Source of the DNA: Candidatus Berkelbacteria bacterium
GTDB lineage: Bacteria; Patescibacteriota; UBA1384; 2-12-FULL-50-11
Length of the DNA stretch: 64,000 bases
Assembly: GCA_016432625.1 (NCBI GenBank)
Contig: CP066697.1
Span: 392,409 to 456,408, forward strand
Direction: 5' to 3'
Made by a program: the position numbers and the translations under genes. Positions 44,869-54,337 of this stretch are shown here, one piece after another. The notes beneath the pieces were generated by a model. The model was not told the DNA's origin, did no database searches, and saw only the letters and a program-made list of their open reading frames with translations. How positions within the stretch are numbered: position 1 is the stretch's first letter; every line of letters begins with the position of its first letter.

Positions 44869-47838
44869 TTATAATTCGTCAATTGGCTGCAGGCCTGAAT
44901 CAGTTGGTTTAGATGTCGCTTTACTCTCGTTCGTCAGGCCTAGGGTCTCGGCTTGATCCCAGGTTATTAAGCGATCTTGGGCACTTTGTTCGATGTCTCC
45001 CCTACTCCAATCATCGCCGCCAGCTTTTTTCTGCTCGCTCTCCCCTATTTCCTGGGCGATGTGCTTCTCGATAATTGGGGCTGTTTCTTCAGCAATAACG
45101 CCTTCGCGAACAGGCGGAGTAACCACAACGTCCCGCACCTGTTCAACTGGTGAGGGGTCGACGTCGTTTTCAACCTGTCCATCAGGTTCATTTTTTAGCT
45201 CACCGCTGCCAGTGACGGCGTACCAATTGCGACTGAAACGGTCTTTTAGAATCTCAATCTTCGAGCCTTTTGGTAGTGACGGCGTCGTCTCTTGCTCGGG
45301 CTTTTTGGCGACATTAGTTGGTTCTGCGTTAGCAAAACCCTTGTCCTGAGGTGTCACATTACCCGGACCGGCCAACGTCACGGTACTACCTTCCCCGGCC
45401 GCCTTGCCAGCTTCAACCGCGCTCAAGTCAATCGGCGCTGACCACTCGGCGATATAATCTTCAACGTCTGTTTTAGACATACTGAATTGCTCGCGGCTGG
45501 ATTCTACCACCTGGCTCACTACGTCCGTTTTATCCGCCGGCGGCGGTAAAGTGTTGGCGGAAAATGCCGGCGCCGTAACGCCGTCGATCGCCATCTTAAT
45601 ATAGATCTGCCTATTTGGTAGATTAACTAAATCGTTGACGTCAAATACCGGCTCAAACTCACTCTTCATTGCCTCGGCGTCGTTCGATCCGACACGGAAC
45701 GAGACCATTGTTCCGACGTTGCCAAAAACCGCATCGCGCACTGTCTCCGGCATCTGAGCGATATATTGGTTGACCATGACAAGATTGAGGCGATACTTGC
45801 GCGCTTCACTGAGGATTGTGGCGAAAGAATCCGTGGCAAAGTTCTGAAACTCATCAACATACAAATAGAAGTCTCGCCGATCGGCCTCGGCAATACGTGT
45901 TCGTCCCATCGCCGCTAACTGAATCTTTGTTACTAACATCGAACCAAGCAAGGCCGAGTTATCCTCGCCGATTTTTCCGGTCGACAAATCCGCCAGTAAA
46001 ATCTTGCCGTTATTCATGACTTCATCCATACGCATTGTTGATTTCGGTTGACCAACAATATTACGGATGGTTGAGCTTGAGAGAAATTGACCGACTTTAT
46101 TTTGAATCGGCGCAATCGCTTCTTGGCGGAATTTTGGTTCGTATTTTTCGTACTCATTAACAAAGAAGTCGCGAATCACCGGGTCCTTCACTTCATTAAT
46201 AACTAAGCGGCGGTAAGAATTATCCGTTAGGATCCGCATCACGCTAAGTAGCGTCGAGTTGGGATACTCGAGCACTGCGAGAATTGAGTTGCGCAGGATG
46301 TATTCAAGACGCGGCCCCCAAGATTCGCCGAAGATTTTTTTGAAGATACCGACGACGCCGGAAGCGATGACGTTCTTCATTTCTGGGTTGTTGTCGAAGT
46401 TCTCCAGGACGTTAAAGCCGACCGGAAACTCGTGATCAGCCGGGTTAAAGTAAACCACGTCGGGGATTCTATCGGCGGGCAAGAAGGCTAATACGTGATC
46501 AATAAGCTCGCCGTGCGGATCAACAACCGCCACGCCTCGCCCTTCCCGGATATCATCGTAAATCATATTCTCGATAAATGTGGATTTTCCTGTACCCGTT
46601 TTACCGATAATGTAAGCATGCAGCCTCCGGTCATGTCGTTTAATGCCGAATTTTGTGATGTTATTACGGAAATTAGTCTGGGCAAGCACTGTTAAGTCGT
46701 CGGCTGGCACGCTACCGAGAACAGGCAAGTTAGAGGGCGGTTCCCCTTTCTTCGCTCCAGCCCAAGCAATGGTTGGCGTCGATACAGTTTCAGAAGGAAA
46801 GTGATAAAGCGTTGCGAGCTCCGTAATGTTGAGAATAATGTCCCTATCCCCCATCGCCCGGTGTTTAAATAGGTCCAGGACGCTGCGGTCGGTAACCATG
46901 TCTTTAACGATGAAGGCGTTTAGATTGAGCGTATTGAACTGCTTATAGGCCCCGACGACTTGTTCTAGCTTGGCTTTAGCAACATGTTCTTCACTAGCCG
47001 CGGCAAGAATACGGACATTAGCCTCGAACCCAAGCTTGGTGATTTTTTCCTCAATCGCTTTTATCGCCTGCTGCTCTGGCCCGCCGAGTTCGTTGTCCTT
47101 CTTGTCTTCCTTCTTTTCCTCCCCGCCCCCCTCGGGCGAGATGATTTGCTTAAAGAAGCCGACAAATAATTCTTTGCTTTCATTTACGAGTAGCTCAGTG
47201 ACACCCTTTGGTTTTTTAGGTGGTTCTTTGAGGTTCTTCACTTCATCACGCCCTAAGTCCTGCCAGTCATCATCAGCAGGACGAACAATGGTTTGGATCC
47301 AAACTTCTTCATCACCCGTTAAGCTGCTTAAGACTCCCGTGGTCGTAGCGAGCGGATCAACTTCGAAGTTAAGAAACGTTTTAATTGGGAAAGCTGTCGG
47401 CCGCTTTAAAGTTAACTCAGTGGCAACGAACCGCTTCTCTTCCGGCAGAGTAACGTAGTCTTCCTCCGGCCCGATTTCTTTGATTTCAATATTAGGGTAT
47501 TGGGCAAAGATCTGACTAACAACAAAATCTTTTAGATTAGCCGGAACGTAGACAAAGAATGTAATGCTCTGCCGGCGCGAGACAATCTCCAGGCTGATAC
47601 GTGGTTGCTCGGTAGCACCCTCCCTAAAAATTCCGTGTAGGGCAGCAAAGAATTGCTCTGCCGCCTCAGGCTTAGCAGTGTTATTCTTAGGTACCGAAAG
47701 TGAGAGTAAGGTATATTCATCGAGACCGCCAGGCCAGCTTTCCTTGGAGCTGCTGCCTTTACTTGTCCGTTTCCAAAGCCATACGGCTCCAACAATCAGT
47801 AAAGCGCTGAAGACAAGATTAATCACCACAAACGTCAT
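44869..47838 (-). CDS. Membrane-anchored P-loop ATPase, TraG/VirD4/TrwB coupling-protein-like (paralog 1, 989 aa) with a long acidic disordered tail
   Basis: N-terminal TM. Walker A HAYIIGKTGTGKST. VAVVDPHGELID and VVYFNPADHEFPVGFNVLE match the coupling-protein DPKGE / fnP..NPL pattern. Walker B FYLYVDEFQNF. Confidence 0.55.
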   Translation of the reverse strand: MTFVVINLVFSALLIVGAVWLWKRTSKGSSSKESWPGGLDEYTLLSLSVPKNNTAKPEAAEQFFAALHGIFREGATEQPRISLEIVSRRQSITFFVYVPANLKDFVVSQIFAQYPNIEIKEIGPEEDYVTLPEEKRFVATELTLKRPTAFPIKTFLNFEVDPLATTTGVLSSLTGDEEVWIQTIVRPADDDWQDLGRDEVKNLKEPPKKPKGVTELLVNESKELFVGFFKQIISPEGGGEEKKEDKKDNELGGPEQQAIKAIEEKITKLGFEANVRILAAASEEHVAKAKLEQVVGAYKQFNTLNLNAFIVKDMVTDRSVLDLFKHRAMGDRDIILNITELATLYHFPSETVSTPTIAWAGAKKGEPPSNLPVLGSVPADDLTVLAQTNFRNNITKFGIKRHDRRLHAYIIGKTGTGKSTFIENMIYDDIREGRGVAVVDPHGELIDHVLAFLPADRIPDVVYFNPADHEFPVGFNVLENFDNNPEMKNVIASGVVGIFKKIFGESWGPRLEYILRNSILAVLEYPNSTLLSVMRILTDNSYRRLVINEVKDPVIRDFFVNEYEKYEPKFRQEAIAPIQNKVGQFLSSSTIRNIVGQPKSTMRMDEVMNNGKILLADLSTGKIGEDNSALLGSMLVTKIQLAAMGRTRIAEADRRDFYLYVDEFQNFATDSFATILSEARKYRLNLVMVNQYIAQMPETVRDAVFGNVGTMVSFRVGSNDAEAMKSEFEPVFDVNDLVNLPNRQIYIKMAIDGVTAPAFSANTLPPPADKTDVVSQVVESSREQFSMSKTDVEDYIAEWSAPIDLSAVEAGKAAGEGSTVTLAGPGNVTPQDKGFANAEPTNVAKKPEQETTPSLPKGSKIEILKDRFSRNWYAVTGSGELKNEPDGQVENDVDPSPVEQVRDVVVTPPVREGVIAEETAPIIEKHIAQEIGESEQKKAGGDDWSRGDIEQSAQDRLITWDQAETLGLTNESKATSKPTDSGLQPIDEL

Positions 47839-50258
47839 CGTGTAGAAAGCGCTCTTGAGGCCGTACCCACACTCTGACTTTCAAAAACTACTGGGGATTT
47901 GGCAAAAGTTGAGCGAGTATTATTGCGGATCCAATCGGCCATTTGTTTACTGCCTTCGTTAGGACTTTTGACACCGTTCATACTAAAGGGTTTGGTTGGT
48001 GCCAAATCAACCAAAAGCTTAACATATGCCTGGAAACGATCAAGGTTGGTAAGGTCTTCTGCGGTGACTCCGGGCAATTCATGCGACAGGAACTCAGCAT
48101 CATCGGCACCAATTCGATAGCTAATCAGGGTGCCGACGTTCCCGATCACAGCGTTACGAATTTGCTCAGTTAGTTGGGCGAAATATTGGTTGGTAATATT
48201 TAAATTAAGTCGGTATTTGCGAGCCTCGGCCAGAATAGTTGCAAATGAGTCGGTCGTGAAATTTTGAAATTCATCAACGTATAAATAGAAGTCTCGTCTT
48301 TGATCCTCTGGCACATCAGCTCTACCGAATGCCGCAACCTGTAATTTAGAGACCAAAATCAGCCCCAGTAAATTAGAGTTAATTTCACCAATTTTGCCCT
48401 TGGCTAAGTTCACAAATAGAATCTTGCCAGAGTCCATCATCTCGCGGAAATTAAATGACGACTCTTTCTGGCCGATGATGTTGCGCATCAGTTCGTTCGT
48501 CATGAACCGACCGAATTTGGAGATAAAGTAGTTATACATTTCCGACTTATGAAAATCGGCCGTTTTGGCTAGTTGCTGTTCCCAGAATGCTTTGACGACA
48601 GGGTCGGTCACTTGCGAGACAGCGTAACTTCGAAAGGCGTCGTCGGTAAACAGCCTAGGAATATCGATTAGTGTTCCGCCGCCGGGCAGGCTCATGACGG
48701 TTAAGGCGGCGTTACGTGCCCAGTGTTCCCATTGTGGTCCAACGATTCCGGTGCGATTTGGGTCGAATAATTTGTAGAAGATTTCGATTACTTCTTGAAT
48801 TAGAAAATCCTTTTCTTCGGGACGTGAGTATTCAAGTAGGTTTAGGCCTAACGGATAAGACGTATCAGACGGGTCGAAAAGTACAACGTCTTTCGCTCGT
48901 TCGGTCGGTACTTTTTTGATCAGTTGCTCAATCGCATCACCCAGCGGGTCAATAAAACATAACCCCTTACCTTGGTACATATCCTGCTCAATCATACTTT
49001 CAAACAAGGTTGTTTTACCGACGCCGGTTTTACCAATCATAAACACGTGGCGCCGCCGATCGTCTTCTTTCAAATGAACCATAGTGGTCGCCCCGCGATA
49101 GTTCGTTTCACCAATTACCACGCCATCACTGGGCAAATCTGCTGGCGGCGGCAGACTTCGCGAGAGTTGCCATTTGACCCCGGGCGTTTCGAGCGCTCTC
49201 GTTGGCAGATGGAAGATACTGGAGAGCTCCTCGGCGTTTAGAATCATTTTTGGAGCGTTGGAAAACATTCGAAATAAATAATCGCGTCCCAGACGATTCG
49301 GCGCGATAATGCGGTACTTCAAGGAGTTAAATTCCGCCGCATGGAATTGGGAGAATGCAGCAATTATGACTTTTAGATTGCTCTCAGCAGACGATTCGTC
49401 CTCAGCGGTAGTCAGCACTCGCAGTATCGCTTCGAAGCCAACCTTAGCGCCCTTTTCCTGCAAGGCCTTAATTAGCTCTTCTTGCTGAGATGAGAGGTGG
49501 ATCTTCTCCCTAACGTCGCCTTGCGGTTTAGCCTGATCGAAGACTAAGCCAATCGCACGGCCGATGCGACTTCGCCCAACAAGATGAGCCCGATTCTGTA
49601 GAACTTCCTGTCCAGCCATGTGTGTATGGTGACGCCAGCGCTCGTTAGTTGGGCGGATCAGGAGTTGGATGCTTGCCGTTTCATCACTCTTCATTTTCGT
49701 TAGGGCGTTTGTCAGCGCCGAAAGCGGATCGGTTTCTAGGTATTGATAGGTCTTTAGCGGCAAGACGAAACTTTTTGACTGTTCAAATACGGCACCCGCC
49801 ACGGCTTTAGCGTGTGGCCCAAAAAGCTTAGGCGGCTTGTTCGAACTTACTTCAGCGTGCGGAAAATAGCTGTGCAGTTGTCGCTCGACTATATTCTTTA
49901 TTCGCTTTGGGCAAACGATCGAAAAATGGATAACACCACCGACCGCTGTTACTTCAAAAGAGATATGCGCCGGTGTACTGAAAAGCCAGTCAACAAAATT
50001 ACGTTGATGGATGATTGTGGTCAACGACGAGTAAAACTGCTCCATTGGGGCGATAAGATCTTTGAAATCTTTTACTGGCTCGCCAGAAACAGGTTGAGTG
50101 GCATCTCGCGGCAACGAGACAGTTAGGCACACCAAAGAATTAACATCTCTAACCATCTCTTGTTTTTGGGCACGTAATAGGTAGAACATCAAGCCAATCG
50201 GTAGCCCGACAACAATAATTCCGATTGCCCAGACCAAGTAGTTACCTAGGAACTCCAT
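47835..50258 (-). CDS. Membrane-anchored P-loop ATPase, TraG/VirD4/TrwB coupling-protein-like (paralog 2, ~807 aa)
   Basis: Same architecture: HVFMIGKTGVGKTT, LCFIDPLGDAIEQ, VVLFDPSDTSYPLGLNLLE, FYLYVDEFQNF. ATGA overlap with paralog 1. Start taken at MEFLGNYLVWAIG. Confidence 0.55.
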   Translation of the reverse strand: MEFLGNYLVWAIGIIVVGLPIGLMFYLLRAQKQEMVRDVNSLVCLTVSLPRDATQPVSGEPVKDFKDLIAPMEQFYSSLTTIIHQRNFVDWLFSTPAHISFEVTAVGGVIHFSIVCPKRIKNIVERQLHSYFPHAEVSSNKPPKLFGPHAKAVAGAVFEQSKSFVLPLKTYQYLETDPLSALTNALTKMKSDETASIQLLIRPTNERWRHHTHMAGQEVLQNRAHLVGRSRIGRAIGLVFDQAKPQGDVREKIHLSSQQEELIKALQEKGAKVGFEAILRVLTTAEDESSAESNLKVIIAAFSQFHAAEFNSLKYRIIAPNRLGRDYLFRMFSNAPKMILNAEELSSIFHLPTRALETPGVKWQLSRSLPPPADLPSDGVVIGETNYRGATTMVHLKEDDRRRHVFMIGKTGVGKTTLFESMIEQDMYQGKGLCFIDPLGDAIEQLIKKVPTERAKDVVLFDPSDTSYPLGLNLLEYSRPEEKDFLIQEVIEIFYKLFDPNRTGIVGPQWEHWARNAALTVMSLPGGGTLIDIPRLFTDDAFRSYAVSQVTDPVVKAFWEQQLAKTADFHKSEMYNYFISKFGRFMTNELMRNIIGQKESSFNFREMMDSGKILFVNLAKGKIGEINSNLLGLILVSKLQVAAFGRADVPEDQRRDFYLYVDEFQNFTTDSFATILAEARKYRLNLNITNQYFAQLTEQIRNAVIGNVGTLISYRIGADDAEFLSHELPGVTAEDLTNLDRFQAYVKLLVDLAPTKPFSMNGVKSPNEGSKQMADWIRNNTRSTFAKSPVVFESQSVGTASRALSTR

Positions 50259-50259
50259 A

Positions 50260-50553
50260 TTAGGCACCGGTATCCATGACCTGCCCAACGCGATCCTCTA
50301 AATCAGACAGGCTTGCTACTGCAATATTGGCGTCGATTTCGTTTTCCAAAAATGGGGTAACAGCCTCAGTATTAACCGTCGGCTCAGGTCCGTCCTTATA
50401 TTCCACACTCCTGGGAGCAGGTCCAACTTCAGCCGGTACGTAACCACTAACAGCTTCAGGCGGCTTTGCTTCGGACACAACAGGCTTAACCTCACCAGGT
50501 GAGAATGATTCATTAGACGTTCTTAACTCAAAGCGTTCCCCCTCGCGCTGCAT
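50260..50553 (-). CDS. Small acidic Pro/Glu-rich protein (97 aa), first gene of the ATPase operon
   Basis: Low-complexity sequence. Abuts the ATPase start. Confidence 0.35.
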   Translation of the reverse strand: MQREGERFELRTSNESFSPGEVKPVVSEAKPPEAVSGYVPAEVGPAPRSVEYKDGPEPTVNTEAVTPFLENEIDANIAVASLSDLEDRVGQVMDTGA

Positions 50554-50578
50554 TAGGTTTAATATATCAGAAAGTAAC

Positions 50579-51712
50579 CTAACGCGGGGCGTTTAAGACG
50601 CTCTGAAACTCCACATCGAAGTTTCCTTCCTTGATGCAAGATCGTACACGCTCCATTAACCGTAGAATTACCCATAAGTTGTGATAACTTAACGCCCTGC
50701 CTGCCAGAGTCTCGCCGGTGGCATAAAGGTGGCGAAGGTAGTCGCGAGTAAAGGTCTTACACATTCGACAGCCGCACTCAGTGTCCAACGGGCTGCGGTC
50801 GTTGCGGAAGGATGAGTTCATAATATTAAATTGCCCTAGTGCTTCGGTCCAAAAAACGCCGTGACGCGCCAGACGGGTTGGCAAGACGCAATCAAACATG
50901 TCGAAGCCACGCGCCACCATGCGGATTATATCCTCTGGATAACCAATGCCCATCAAGTAATGCGGTCGAGACGGATCTAAATGGTTGGCGACGTAATCAA
51001 CTGCTTTGTTAATTTTATCTTTGCCTTCACTGGCTATCGCCACACCGCCAACTGCAATGCCATCGAACGGCAGGTCTTGGATCTCTCTCGTAGATTGCAA
51101 CCGCAAGTCCTCAAACAGGCCACCCTGAATTATGCCGAATAATCCCCTCCCCGACTCCCCCATTTTTTGCTGTTGCCAATAGTCTGTCGAGCGCCTGGCC
51201 CAGTTGGTGGTCCGTATAACTGCTGACTGAACGCGCTTTTCGGTGGCCTCAATTGGCGGACAGTCATCAAGCGGCATGACTATATCGCTGCCCAGTTTTC
51301 TTTGAATGTCTAACACTGACTCCGGTGTAAACTCATGTTTGCCACCATCAAGATGCGAGTAAAAACGCACTCCATCGTTTGTAGTCTTGGCGGTTTTTGC
51401 CCTGGTTGCCCCTAAGGAATAGGCTTGATACCCACCTGAGTCGGTCAAAACCGGCCCGTTCCACTGAGTCCATTTGGCAAAACCTCCAGCCTCGGCTATA
51501 TGCCCAGCCCCGGGACGCAAGTGCAGATGGTAAGTATTCCCCAAAATGATTTCAGCTCCCAACTCTTGAACCTCCCAAGGGAATAAAGTTTTAACCGCGC
51601 CCGAAGTGGCAACGGGCATAAAGACAGGGGTCTGAATAATACCGTGTGGCGTTACGAGCTCGCCAGTTCGGGCAAGGGAATTTTTCTGTTTATGTAAAAC
51701 TTTAAAAAACAT
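50579..51712 (-). CDS. tgt: Queuine tRNA-ribosyltransferase (tRNA-guanine transglycosylase)
   Basis: TPVFMPVATSGAVK, LGNTYHL, Zn site CGCRMCKTFTRDYLRHL. Confidence 0.9.
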   Translation of the reverse strand: MFFKVLHKQKNSLARTGELVTPHGIIQTPVFMPVATSGAVKTLFPWEVQELGAEIILGNTYHLHLRPGAGHIAEAGGFAKWTQWNGPVLTDSGGYQAYSLGATRAKTAKTTNDGVRFYSHLDGGKHEFTPESVLDIQRKLGSDIVMPLDDCPPIEATEKRVQSAVIRTTNWARRSTDYWQQQKMGESGRGLFGIIQGGLFEDLRLQSTREIQDLPFDGIAVGGVAIASEGKDKINKAVDYVANHLDPSRPHYLMGIGYPEDIIRMVARGFDMFDCVLPTRLARHGVFWTEALGQFNIMNSSFRNDRSPLDTECGCRMCKTFTRDYLRHLYATGETLAGRALSYHNLWVILRLMERVRSCIKEGNFDVEFQSVLNAPR

Positions 51713-51804
51713 TTCTATTACGCAGGGGCCAGGGGCCTAATTGCGAGGCGGCCCCTAGGCCCCTAGAACCCCTACCCTGCACGCTACCCACAGGGGTGCG
51801 GTGA

Positions 51805-51848
51805 AAAACCGGCTCGTAACCTGCTTTTGGGTTAGACTCGCCGGTTTT
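51805..51848 (-). terminator. Terminator after the histidine-phosphatase gene
   Basis: Minus strand AAAACCGGC-26 nt-GCCGGTTTTTCACC. Confidence 0.45.
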
Positions 51849-51862
51849 TCGATTCATTGATA

Positions 51863-52384
51863 TTACAAGCTCGCCGCAGGCGTCAATTTCTGACACTCAA
51901 CAAGCTTATGACCAGCAAAAACCAACCGGTACATCTCGGCTTCGAGGCACGGAAAGTCCTTCTCTTCGTCAGTTAAGTCAAAGGCTTCCAGTCCGCCTTG
52001 AATAACATCCTGATGCGTCGTGCAGACAATGTGGCAACCGGCGTGTTTCGTAATTAGCTCATCGAAAAACTTCGGAATGATATTCTCTAAGGCCTGGTAA
52101 TCTCCGGGGCTATAAATTTCATACAGTTCTTGTTTCTGCTCAATTTCCCGCGGGATCTTTGCCACTTCCTCAATTACTTCAGCTGTCTGAATCGTCCGAA
52201 GTCTTGGGCTTGAGTAAATAGCAACTGGAGCAAAATTAGCGATATACTCCCCTACCTTTTTAATTTGGTCTCTCCCCTCTTGCGTCAGTACCCGTTCACC
52301 GTCAATCGTTGGGTCTAGCAAATAAGTCCGGTCGGTCTCGCCGTGACGCACCAGGAAGATAATGGTTTGAAATTTTTCGTCCAT
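51863..52384 (-). CDS. Histidine phosphatase family protein (phosphoglycerate-mutase-like)
   Basis: IFLVRHGETD is the RHG motif. Confidence 0.7.
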   Translation of the reverse strand: MDEKFQTIIFLVRHGETDRTYLLDPTIDGERVLTQEGRDQIKKVGEYIANFAPVAIYSSPRLRTIQTAEVIEEVAKIPREIEQKQELYEIYSPGDYQALENIIPKFFDELITKHAGCHIVCTTHQDVIQGGLEAFDLTDEEKDFPCLEAEMYRLVFAGHKLVECQKLTPAASL

Positions 52385-52477
52385 ATATAGATTTTACAGG
52401 AGAAGTCACGCTTTAGGGAGGGTGAAAGCAACAGGGCCTGTCTTGCGACAGGCCCTGGGGCACGGATGTTGGAAGCG

Positions 52478-52984
52478 CTACTTGCGTAGGAAAATGCGAT
52501 TGCCGATGGCCCCACGGCCCGACGGCAGAACAATCTCCACTTCGCAGTACTTGCCCCACATGGTTTTACCGACCATGGGGTAGCGGAGCTGGCATTGCGA
52601 CCGCAGGACACGACTCACAAACAGAGCGGTCACGACTAGGTTGCTGATCATCTCATCCTGCCACCACTCAGCGTAGTACGACTCGATGGTTGTTGAGACC
52701 TCGATGTTATCAAACACACCTTCGTAATGCTTGACGACATCTTTCATGGCGAACTTGCCCGCTTCGACTACTGTGTCGAAACTGACAGCAAAGCCATAGT
52801 CAGCCCGTACCACCTCGGCAACAAGTTGCCGGGCAGTGTTTAGTCCGGTCTCGACCAGCGCGCCCAACGGCGCGTTACCCTCTACTGGAGCTTTGGCGTA
52901 GTTCAGCGCTGCCGTCTGAGTCTGGCGATTAGCCCAGACGGCATTAAGGTGCTCGTCTGGCACCGATCGACATGATTCTTCAGA
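52478..52984 (-). CDS. Hypothetical protein (~168 aa), divergent from the FabH-like gene
   Basis: Clean ORF, no motif, GC-rich. Confidence 0.35.
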   Translation of the reverse strand, partial: SEESCRSVPDEHLNAVWANRQTQTAALNYAKAPVEGNAPLGALVETGLNTARQLVAEVVRADYGFAVSFDTVVEAGKFAMKDVVKHYEGVFDNIEVSTTIESYYAEWWQDEMISNLVVTALFVSRVLRSQCQLRYPMVGKTMWGKYCEVEIVLPSGRGAIGNRIFLRK

Positions 52985-53157
52985 CATTTCCACATTTCAC
53001 CAATAAGTGCGAGATTTCGCGGGTTTTACGTCGCGATGAACGAATTTTACGCTGATATTGAAGGTTAATCAATGAGGTAGTCCCGTATATTTTACTCAGT
53101 AAATATGAGAGAATGCGCCTACAGTTGCAGCGCAACTTACATTAGGAGGTTAGGCCA

Positions 53158-54231
53158 ATGACTGGCACGACAACAATCATCGCCACAGGCGAAGCCACTC
53201 CAAGGCCAGCCGAGATGGTGTGTAATCTCGAAGTAATGGATATCCTCGCCGAAAACGGCGTGGAGATCCCGCCGAAACGGCGGGAAAACTACGACAAGGA
53301 TTTCCATGGGATAAAATCGCGGTGGTTAACTCCACCTTGCGTTTCGTCCTACGACTTGGCTCTTGAGGCCGGTATCAACGCCTTCCGTCAAGCCGCTAAC
53401 GTAGATCCTGACTTCAGCCCTTCAAAGGTGATGGCTGTCCACAGCGGTGGCTCATCACCTCACTCGCTCTACTCAGGGGTCTCGAATAAGCTCCAATACA
53501 GCTTGTTCGTTCCGCCCTGCTTCGCTGAAGCTCGAGACGATTCACTGGCATGCACGAGTGCTGTTGACGCCTTGTTGCTGCTTGACTCCCGTTTGCGGCA
53601 TCTTGCTGTCATGGAGGAAATTGAGGAACCGATCTATGGTTGCGTCGTAATTGGCGAAGCTATTGGGACGGTTTCCAACCAGCCGGACAGCACCAACTAT
53701 ATACTTTGGGGTTGTGGCGGCTCGGCACTCGTCGTCAAACACGATCCTAGGGATGGGCGGAAGGTCGGTATCAGGCGTTCGCGTAACATCTCCGACGGTC
53801 AGTTTGCGCATTGGTTTGAAGCCGTGGGCATCGGTACCGATCCGAGATACCTAGGCGTTCGACCCAACGCTACGATGGGCGAAAAAGGTATGTACGGCCG
53901 CGAGGTTCAAGAGTACATCATGGACGTCATCGCACCGTATTGCGCCGAGTTTGTCGCGAAATGCGGTGTTGACCCCGCCAGCTCCACGAGTCATCTCTGT
54001 GGGCACAACCCAACGTACGACGGCGCGAAGTCGTTCGGCATCAAAGCTGGCTTTGCATACGAGCGCATCCATAGTGTCGCCGATGATCGTGCCAACACGT
54101 CGTCGACCTCGCCGTTTCTCAACTACCACACAGCTCGCACGCTTGGACTGATTAAAAGGGGGGATAACGTCTTCCTGGTTGGTTACGGCGCCGGTCCTTC
54201 GGCTGCGTTCCTCTACTACATCGAGCCCTGA
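53158..54231 (+). CDS. FabH-like (KAS III/thiolase-fold) condensing enzyme, divergent
   Basis: Candidate Cys-His-Asn triad: SLACTSAVDAL (Cys), HLCGHN (His), ANTSSTSPFL (the Asn of GNTSSAS). Confidence 0.55.
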   Translation: MTGTTTIIATGEATPRPAEMVCNLEVMDILAENGVEIPPKRRENYDKDFHGIKSRWLTPPCVSSYDLALEAGINAFRQAANVDPDFSPSKVMAVHSGGSSPHSLYSGVSNKLQYSLFVPPCFAEARDDSLACTSAVDALLLLDSRLRHLAVMEEIEEPIYGCVVIGEAIGTVSNQPDSTNYILWGCGGSALVVKHDPRDGRKVGIRRSRNISDGQFAHWFEAVGIGTDPRYLGVRPNATMGEKGMYGREVQEYIMDVIAPYCAEFVAKCGVDPASSTSHLCGHNPTYDGAKSFGIKAGFAYERIHSVADDRANTSSTSPFLNYHTARTLGLIKRGDNVFLVGYGAGPSAAFLYYIEP

Positions 54232-54337
54232 GATGGGCTCCCTCGCCAACACCCCCTAGCTCTAGCAGTTAGGGGGTGTTCCTGTAAACTTGATTAGACC
54301 GTGCACCTTTCAGTTGCGTGGCAGACAGGAGCAACTC

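Noticed and set aside
44993-47458. Plus-strand ORFs (118 aa and 162 aa, Ser-rich) inside the ATPase gene
   Set aside because: They are antisense shadows of the acidic, low-complexity C-terminal region of the 989-aa protein.
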